Of a stretch of 64,000 nt of DNA, positions 55,246-64,000 are shown in pieces. The notes under the pieces are model-generated. The model was not told the origin of the DNA. It did not search any database and was given only the letters and a program-made list of their open reading frames with translations. Location: the NCBI GenBank assembly GCA_038496445.1, contig JALMLS010000332.1, forward strand, positions 186,001-250,000, in the 5' to 3' direction. This DNA comes from Trichosphaerium sp. ATCC 40318 (lineage: Eukaryota; Protista; Tubulinea). The position numbers and the translations under genes are program-made. Position 1 is the stretch's first letter. Each line of letters opens with the position of its first letter.

Positions 55246-56414
55246 ATAGGAAAAAAGGACTACTGAGAAAAATAAAAAAAACCAAATTTATGTACTTCCT
55301 GTCTTTCGTTTTGAGCGATATTTTGAGACGTTCCTGTTAGTGGATTATAGCGTATTTCACATTGAAAGTGCATGTAACAAGGGGTTCCGGACTTGACGAA
55401 CATGACGACAAAATACGAGCTATTTACAGCAAATATCTTTCACCTTGCTGTATCCTTATCAAGCAATCAGCCTCCTTGAGATATCAGGCTGTAAATGGCA
55501 CAACACAAACTTTGCTGTTTAATTGCCAATGTACAACAACTCAAAAGGATGCGGATAAACTTACAAGCGGTAAGAACGAAAAAATCACGGACTAAATAAA
55601 GTGTGCACTTGTTTTTTTTTTATTTATTGAATATTCACAGACTATAATTCTTGCTTGTGATGATTCTATCCTCGTAGTCAACCCTATATCATTGTCTATA
55701 GCTATCATGCACTTCATTATTTTCGTGAAGCATTATCCAGCGAGATTACCAATGTATGTGCTAGTATAATGAGATACGAGACAGTAGACTAATTGTTTTC
55801 TAACCTCGGTTCTGTATTTTCAGGAATCTTTATTTTTATCTTTCTACCGAATAACGCATTTTACATTTGCTTTACTTAACCAATAAAGGGTTTCACTGGT
55901 ATGCTTAAGCTCTTTCTAGGACAATCAGCAACAGCAGACACGTTGAAAATTGTTAACACAGAAAAGAAATTTAAAACTATCCAAACTAAGCTCGGACGTT
56001 ATGGATTCTGAAGACGTTACGTCCTGCATGGATAATAAGGCTATCACATTCAAACGTGTGTCAGTTGCAATTAATGGTTTGTGTATGCTTCCTGTGAACT
56101 CCAGTAGTGGTGTATACTACAAACGTACCAGCATGCTCTTGTAATGTAAGAAAAGAATCAGGCAACATTGAATTGTGAAACGTTACAGAACACGTGCAAG
56201 AGACGTAGCTTGTTTGTGTGGCAATAGTGTCTTTTAAACCACCACAGAATAGTAACGTATGCTATTGCACGTTAAAACAACAACAACGCAAAAATAGCAG
56301 ATGAGAGAAGTCAAACGACTTCTCCTATTACGTTAACGCCCTTACAAAAAGTCATTAGTTTTCTTCAGTCCTTTAAATCACAATTTAGCAATCCCAAACT
56401 GTGTTCCGCGGAGT

Positions 56415-57992
56415 ATGGAACATGAACTTAGCAATACAAGTATACAACAAACGAAATACAGTCCCGATGGTTACTTATTAGACCTCCTTGCGCTACCAGT
56501 CGAGATTATAGTACAAATTCTTAAATACGGGAGGTTTAGGCACCGTTCAGCCCAAACATGCCATTTCATGCTCGAGATAGTTCAAAACCACGTCGGCTAT
56601 GATAAAATTGAAATCTCAAGCGAAAACGAGTTGAAAAAGCTCTCTGGTAGCGCTTTGCTTCAGAATACTCCTATTTATTTAGATGTTCTTAGAAAAACGC
56701 TTACTGATAGTCACTTGAGCCTTCTTGCAGGTGTACACACTATCTACTTGAATAAATTCAAATTGATAACAGATGATGGCATCAAAGCTTTGGCTGGTGT
56801 ACACACAATTATCTTAGATGAAACAAATGTTACTGATGAAGGTCTGAAAGCGCTATCAGGTGTACATACTATTGGTTTGTTATTCTGCAAGTTAATTACA
56901 GATGAAGGTATAAAGGCATTGTCAGGTGTACATGAAATAGATCTAGAAGAGACATCTGTGACTGATGAAGGTTTAAAGTCACTAGCAGGAGTACATGCTA
57001 TCAACTTGGATTATTGTTCATCAATAACCGATGAAGGTGTCACTGAACTGGCAGGTGTACACACAATAAGTTTAAAAGAAACCAATATAACATATAAAGG
57101 TTTTAAGGCTTTAGCAGGAGTTCACTCTATCTCCTTGGAGAATTCATTGATAACTGATGAAGGCATCAAGGCTTTATATGGTGTACACACAATCGCTTTA
57201 GAAGGAACTAAAGTGACTGATGATAGTTTAAAGTTATTGGCAGACAGCGTACATGTTATTTGCTTGAACAGTTGTGACTTGATAACAAATGAGGGTATCA
57301 AGTTATTGGCTGGTGTTCATACGGTTAATTTGAGCAATACCGCGGTAACTGATGAGGGTATCAAGGCGTTGGCTGGAGTACATACAATAGCTTTAAAATA
57401 TACTAAGGTAACTGATGAGGGAATCAAGGCGCTTTCGGGGGTTCACACAATTGACCTGGCATTTTGTGAAACAATTACAGATGAGGGTATCAAGTCATTG
57501 GCGGGTGCATATTGTGTTGATATAGCTTGTACAAATGTAACAGATGAAGGTGTAAAGGCATTGGCTGGTGTTTATCACATTGATTTATCAAGTACAAATG
57601 TCACTGATGAAGGCTTGAAGGCATTGGCTGGAGTACACACTATTTATTTAGAAAGGTGTATGTCAATAACAAGTGATGGTATTGCAGCATTGGTGGGTGT
57701 ACATGAGATAGATTTATCAAATACAAATGTAACAGATGAAGGTTTAAAGGCATTGGTAGGAGTAAACAACATCCATTTACGCTTTTGTAAATCAATAACA
57801 GATGAGGGTATCAAGTCATTGGCGGGTGCATATCGTGTTGATATAGCTTGTACAAATGTAACAGATGAAGGTTTAAAGGCATTGGTAGGAGTAAAACACA
57901 TCCATTTAGAATATTGTATCCACAAAAAAACTGAGATTGCACTACCGCAACTCTTTAATGCTGTAAAGTCACTATCTGGTGTACTTGTTTAG
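56415..57992 (+). CDS. F-box/LRR protein (intronless, ~18 LRRs)
   Basis: LLALPVEIIVQILKY..SAQTCHFM; LAGVHTIxLxxTxVTDEGxKA repeats. Confidence 0.88.
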   Translation: MEHELSNTSIQQTKYSPDGYLLDLLALPVEIIVQILKYGRFRHRSAQTCHFMLEIVQNHVGYDKIEISSENELKKLSGSALLQNTPIYLDVLRKTLTDSHLSLLAGVHTIYLNKFKLITDDGIKALAGVHTIILDETNVTDEGLKALSGVHTIGLLFCKLITDEGIKALSGVHEIDLEETSVTDEGLKSLAGVHAINLDYCSSITDEGVTELAGVHTISLKETNITYKGFKALAGVHSISLENSLITDEGIKALYGVHTIALEGTKVTDDSLKLLADSVHVICLNSCDLITNEGIKLLAGVHTVNLSNTAVTDEGIKALAGVHTIALKYTKVTDEGIKALSGVHTIDLAFCETITDEGIKSLAGAYCVDIACTNVTDEGVKALAGVYHIDLSSTNVTDEGLKALAGVHTIYLERCMSITSDGIAALVGVHEIDLSNTNVTDEGLKALVGVNNIHLRFCKSITDEGIKSLAGAYRVDIACTNVTDEGLKALVGVKHIHLEYCIHKKTEIALPQLFNAVKSLSGVLV

Positions 57993-58843
57993 CTTTGATG
58001 TATTTTACAACTTAAAATACTTTTGCAATGCCTACTGCCGTTGCTCCAGCTTGGTGGACTTTTGAAACTAATGTAATAAACTACTTATCAGAAAAACAAT
58101 TTTTATAAAAGTCTCTTTGATATCTCTTAACCAATAAAGCCATTTGAGAAAGACTATAAAAGCCATCACTTAATGGCGAGCTCGGTTGTAGAGTTTCCAA
58201 CACCATTTAATAAGAATGCCCAGAACCACAAGGTTCCTTTCAGTAAGCACAATGGCGTTGTGTAGAGTGAGAGCTATAAGAAAAAGTATAGCCAAGGGAG
58301 TGTTTAGTGATGTGTATAACATCGGCCGCAGGCGACCGAAAAAAGAATGTATGAGATTCAGTCTTGTGTCGCATCATATGCACAAGGAAGAAATCTCAAA
58401 ATAGATTTGAGTAGGTAGTCCCTAACCAGAGGAGCACATTTGAGTTTAGGATGCTTAAAAATGTGAGGGAAAGTTTTGTATGGGTAGAAGCATACGCGAA
58501 ATTGTAGGAGTTGTGTCCACTTTACGGACAAAATTAAAATGGTAGAGGTCAGAAAAGGTGCGTGGTAACTTAATTTTGTGCTCACCAAAAAGACAGGTCA
58601 ATTCTGAGAGTGTTTTACCTCTGAAACGTTTGTTAATTTTGATCCATGCTTTTTTGCATATGGTGAAATGATAGGAGGCTGCTAGTCCCTACCAAGAATG
58701 ACTAAATAACTCTTATTTAATTAAGATGTTTGTTTGATTGCTTCACTTGACATCTTAGCTGGTTTATTCCTCCATACTGGGTACAGTTTATAGTAACTGA
58801 AAAGGAAACTAGTCACAAACACAAAAAAAAATGCCTTGAATGT

Positions 58844-61800
58844 TTAATCAAGACCGTAGATTTCGCCTGTTTCAAAATCAATATCCATATCGAAAAACTT
58901 TGGACGTGTAGGAAGACCTAATAAGAACAAGTATTAGAAAAATACAGAGGGAAAAAGAGTTGAGTAAAAAGAAACATACCTGGCATTGTTGATATGTTAC
59001 CGAGAAGAGGGTACACAAAACCAGCACCTACAGATGCTCTAATATCTCTAATTGGTACTGTAAATCCTGTTGGTGCTCCTTTTAATGATGCATCATGAGA
59101 AAGGGACAAGTGAGTTTTTGCCATGCAAATAGGAAGATTTCCGAATCCCTGTAAAAAAACTCATTAAAAACCGTCCAAGAAAAAAAAAAAAGAGAATCAA
59201 AAACAACCACGAAAATATGCTGAACTGCTCAGTGTTGCTGAACTAAAACAACAAGGCAGACAAAAAAAAACCATTAATCATCTTTATCAACAAATTTCGT
59301 ATCACGTGATTTTTGTTGTTGTGCAAAATAAACCTAAGCGAATCCATGTTCACCATAACTAGTTATGGTACTGGGATCTATTTCGCTATGATTTATTCTA
59401 CTCTATTAATTCTCACGTGATTTTTTATGAAAACACGTGTGGTGAAACAAAAAAAATAAAATAAAAACGTGTTAAGTACCTGAGCTTCAAATTCTTTAAT
59501 TTTTTCTTCAGCTAGTGGTTCGTAGGAAACACCATCAGCGCCATAGATTTCTTTGCAAATAGTTTCAATCTTTTCTTTGATTGTTTTTTCAAGAGGATAC
59601 AAAAACTTGAATGTATTGCCTGCTTTCTTGTTCGCTTCACATGCTTCATGTACAGACTTGGCTAGGTCAATGGCACCAGCGCCACCTATTAGAACCTTGA
59701 GGAAACAAGATACTTGAAGTTTCTACGCAGTTTCATCCACAAAGATATTTCTTACCTTTCGCCCAGTGTTCAGCTACTACAGCGTCTTCTGCTCCTGCTT
59801 CTTTTGCTAAGCGTTTGACAAGCTCAATTTCTTCATCAGAATCAGTAAGGAACCTATAAAAAAGATATCAATATTGAGCGATCCTTGGTCAGTCATTATA
59901 AACAACGTACTTGTTGATTGCTACAATTACAGCAACACCAAACTTTTTACAGTTTTGGATATGTTTAATTAGATTAGCACAGCCAGCCTCTACAAGTTCT
60001 ACATGTGGTTCAACATATTCCTTTGCAAGTGTGCGTCCAGGTGTAACCTTAGGACCACCACCTATAGCGACGATTAGCTGTAAAGTCGAAAAATAACTTG
60101 ACAAGAAAATTAAAACGTACCATGCATCTTCAAAGCTCTTACAGTAGCAACAATAACAGCACAGTTAGGTACTAATCCACTGTATCTGCATTTAATATTG
60201 AAGAACTTTTCGGCACCAATATCAGCACCAAAACCAGCTTCTGTTACTACAACACCATCTTCACCAACAAGTTTCAAAGCGACCTAAAACAAATAACCAT
60301 CAGCACTTTTTTCTTTTTCTGAAGTTCATCCAAACAGTTTTCGTTTCGCCCTTACCTTATCAGCTACTATGGAGCTGTTTCCGTGTGCGATATTAGCGAA
60401 TGGACCAGCATGAACAAATACAGGTGTTCCCTAAATGGTTAGATTGAGCATAAAGCAAATGGTAGAGAACTAAACATACCTCCAAAGTTTGCATAAGGTT
60501 AGGATCAACAGTGTCTACAAAAAAAATAGGGTGAGAAAAACATTCTTTTTTTGTTCAGCTATTTACCCTTCATAAGAATTGTTAATGCTCCGGCTACACC
60601 TAAATCTTCAGCTGTTATAGGCTCGCCTTCACTATAACCAATATCAGTATAAAACAAAGGCAGGCGACTGAAAAAAGCAGACAGACAAAGAAGAAGAGAA
60701 AGTGTGACACTTTTTTTTAAAGGCTTGTTTTTGTTGCTCTTGAAGTACGTACGTGCTGAAAGCTACCACCATTTCGCCAAGACGTTTTCTCATATCTTTT
60801 AGACTTGTGGTCAATGCTAATATAGCCATAATCTCAGAAGCAACAGAGATGTCAAAATTTGTTTCGCGAGTACGACCCTTTTCAGTCTTGCTTTGTCCTA
60901 CTGTGATTTTACGTAAATATCTGTCGTTACAGTCAACGACGCGGTTCCAAAGGATCTTGTCTTTATCAATATTCAAGCGAGCAAACCTATTACATAATTA
61001 ACAGACAGTACTACGACAAACGAGACAAGTCAATCTGCTTTTAAAAAATGCTCAAAAAAAAAAAGTACTTTTTGACTTCTTCGTCAGTGAGATCCTCAGG
61101 TACGGTCTTTTCAATACCAAGCTTTTTAAGACGTGTCAACATAATCCTTGAAAAGCTTCTCTTTTGTGTCTTAGAATTTTTTGGGCACAACCTAAATAAT
61201 TAATGTCAAAATGTGTTTACAGCTTTTTTTTTTTTGGTTTTATCTTAGAAACCAAACAAACAGATAACGTACCTGTTGAATAAAGCTCTATCGGATTTTG
61301 TAATTGACTCGTGCATGTATCTAACAACGTAAGAAACAGAACAGGTAGCAAGAAGCAGTACAAGACGACTGAGAACGGAAAAAAATGCTCGGTGAAAATA
61401 TCTTACCTTGCGTCTAAAGCAGCCGCCAATAGGTTATTAGCTGCAGAAATAGCATGAATATCGCCTGTAAGGTGCAAGTTGAAATCTAGATGGTAAGTCA
61501 GGTTTTTGACACTCAAACCTGAAAAAAATATGTTTCCTCACCTTCCATTGGGATAACTTGAGCGTAACCACCGCCAGCAGCACCGCCTGTAGCGTTTATG
61601 TTAATTGTTTATTTAAAATTAAGAGTTTATTGCCTTTAATGCCGAAAGTTGGGCCCTGGCTAGGCTGGCGTATGCATGCGAACGACTTCTTGCCGAAATG
61701 AGCGCCTGAATGAAGTGAGAAGCGATGAGAATAGATAAATGTACCTAGAGCCTGTACTAAGCCTACAACAGTAGTAGATTTGCCTTCTCCGAGCGGTGTA

Positions 61801-62117
61801 GGTGTGATTCCAGTGACTACAACGTAATGGCCATTCTTGACGTCTTTTAAGCGATCCAATACGCTCAGTGACACTTTAGCCTTCAGTTTACCATACTGTT
61901 CAACTTCGTCATCAAGTAAACCAAGAGCACTTGTAATGTCTGTAATAGGCAAAGGTTTTACGCTATGACTAATAACCAAGTCGTGAGGAGGTGGAGAGAC
62001 AATGTTGGTGAGTTTATTGGCTGTTGCGTAACTCATCTTCGCTTTTGTGGAACGAGACTTCAAAGTAATTCTTGTTCGTGTGGAATATTGGCGTTGTGTG
62101 AAAATTTTTCGGATCAT
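58844..62117 (-). CDS. Formate-tetrahydrofolate ligase (monofunctional), multi-exon; second in-frame ATG at 62036
   Basis: [83 protein letters not shown]. Confidence 0.95.
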
Positions 62118-62490
62118 AACTGATATTTCGTAATTACGTGGTTTTATCCTCTGTGTAGTTCTGTCTATGGAAGATTTGGCAGGCAGTTCCAGAATAGTTA
62201 CGAAAAAGCTGTAGGTTTGTTAACGCGTATCAATATAATGCGTTCCTTGCACGTGATTTTAGATGATGACGGCTGCTTTGGTCGTGTTTGTTGGACGTTA
62301 TGTGGAAGCTTGGCGGTTAATAAAAAAGTTCACTTCACAACTTAATGTCAGCTTATCTGTGCGGGTGCTTGAAAATGGTGAATGAGTATAGAGCGTTTTA
62401 ACTGGGACTGTAGTATTGTTTTGCATTGCACGTGCTCGGATACGCGGATTGACCAAAATAGAAATTCAAGCGATTGTCAATTGCATAATA

Positions 62491-63193
62491 ATGGCTGATT
62501 CTCGCTTACTGTCAAGATTCTTTCTTGTTATCCTGTTTGCACAAGTAGTCTTGTCTATTGTGAACTCCTTGTTCAATTTAATAGACCTAAACCTCCCGTT
62601 AGCTTTGTTTGGTTTTTATGGCGTAATTAAAGGTATGAGGAGCTATTTTAGCGTAACTAACATTATTAGGACATAAACAAGCTCTAATAGGCGTATCCTC
62701 CCTCAATATATTTCTTATATACCTTTATAACCTTAACAGTGTAGTATATAACATTTTGTACAGTATTCTCAACAATAGCGGATGTACTACGTTTACTACT
62801 GTGGTCTGAGTATATTATATCCAATACGATTGGTTTTGTTAGTACACTAGGGTACGTTTTACAACGAACTTTCTGTATGCTCATCAATTACGCTCAACGC
62901 GTTGACTACAGCGTAAACAACACGTTAAGCACTGACATTTGCCAACAAGGACATACTATGTAATGCTTACATGTTGCGGCGGTATATTAAAGCTCATTGG
63001 AGGATTATTCGCGTTTTTCTTGTACAGACGCATAAGACGCGAACAAAAAAAGGCCTCGAACAGCATGCCAAGTACGCTTTGGTTCCTTCTCATATATGAG
63101 CATGTACTAACCCGACTTACAGTTGGTGATGAGGAAGAATTCGTGCAATCAAATTTTTCGTTTTCAATGCCACACGAATCAATGATAAATTAA
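62491..63193 (+). CDS. Small multi-pass membrane protein (AGTRAP-like topology), multi-exon
   Basis: Several hydrophobic segments (FFLVILFAQVVLSIV, NLPLALFGFYGV, GILKLIGGLFAFFLY) and a basic tail. Confidence 0.55.
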
Positions 63194-63550
63194 CTACACT
63201 GTAAAAATAGTACTGTACACGCGCAATTACAAGGGATAAAATAGCTCCCTTTGATTACAATGACACTGCGTTTGACTTTCAAATAATTTGTAACTGATCT
63301 TGTAAATGGCGCTATTCATACGCTCTGTAGAAGAATTGTCCGGTCTGAAGCAAATAAACGGTGTTTCAGTTCAAGAAATTGAAAGAAGAGCTAGGTATCT
63401 ATAACTCAATAAAAGGGTAAGCTTACGCGTAATTAGGCCTTGTGAAGACAGGTAAAGACGGTTTGTTTTCAATAAATAAATAAAAAACTAGGGATGACCC
63501 TCTGTGGCGTTGCCGTTCTCATTGCGGGTTTCTAGACGCTGAACAAACGC

Positions 63551-64000
63551 TTATACAGGTATAGTAGCATAATTTGAACACTTTAACCTAATAACACATG
63601 TAGAACCTAACAAAAGATTGGAACAGGTGCTGAGGCGTAATATATATTCACGGTTGCCGCTAACCAGTGGTAGAATTCGCGAATTAAAGTTGACACATGT
63701 CATAATTGCAATGTGTTTGAAAACAATAATACTAAAAGCTGAAGAACTACGTAAGGCTAACAATTGGGGTCCAGATAGGTACGACATACAACAATAGGGA
63801 TATGTGACTTATTTGTTCAATAGGCCAGTAAGTGTTATGATTGATCTAGGTGAAGAAATAAACGACTTAAACCAATTTTGCAACAATGGACCTCAAACAT
63901 TCACTGTAGTACATAGAAGTACGTTGTGTACTATAATATAGGTAGTGCTTATACTTTTTAGGCTATACTGGTTATCAGTGGTCATTGTTTTATAATCCTA
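63551..64000 (+). CDS. Partial hypothetical gene running off the window end (start uncertain, perhaps ~63307)
   Basis: Open frame ...VEPNKRLEQVLRRNIYSRL...NNWGPDR spliced (gtacga..tag) to PVSVMIDLGEEIND..., then a GTACGT donor. Confidence 0.4.

Noticed and set aside
55350-56150. Exon-like fragments upstream of the third F-box/LRR gene
   Set aside because: Multiple in-frame stops and no recognisable motif; cannot be called even as a pseudogene
56303-56322. Perfect 8-bp hairpin GAGAAGTC-AAAC-GACTTCTC upstream of the F-box/LRR gene
   Set aside because: Not seen upstream of the other two paralogs; compatible with chance in 64 kb
58200-58800. Short ORFs between the F-box/LRR gene and FTHFS
   Set aside because: No motifs or coherent exon chain; no terminal repeats to support a mobile element

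Overview
AT-rich, gene-dense eukaryotic nuclear DNA with many short (~40-120 nt) spliceosomal introns. The gene content (CMF-like protein, SH3-less Abi, AOAH) suggests a bacterivorous amoeboid protist, probably Amoebozoa; this is an inference. Recognisable genes: ProRS (3' part), AOAH, CMF-like, ketopantoate reductase-like, two paralogous Ser/Thr kinases, AFG2/SPATA5 AAA ATPase, RCL1, a membrane-anchored trypsin-fold pseudo-protease, Abi, Rnl2-family RNA ligase, pirin, cytochrome b5, calcineurin A-like phosphatase, DUF455 ferritin-like and formate-THF ligase. Four things stand out. (1) A U6 snRNA variant has ACUGAGA in place of the near-invariant ACAGAGA box and a novel 3' domain. (2) That U6 lies between two inverted copies of a gene for a secreted 10-Cys peptide. 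(3) Three paralogous, probably mitochondrion-targeted genes are built from ~65-70-aa Trp-rich tandem repeats ending in a PD-(D/E)XK nuclease-like domain (two look intact, one degenerate). (4) Four F-box-like genes (3 LRR, 1 MORN-variant repeat) have intronless, hypervariable repeat arrays. Exon boundaries and product names were worked out by eye from motifs, with no database search.
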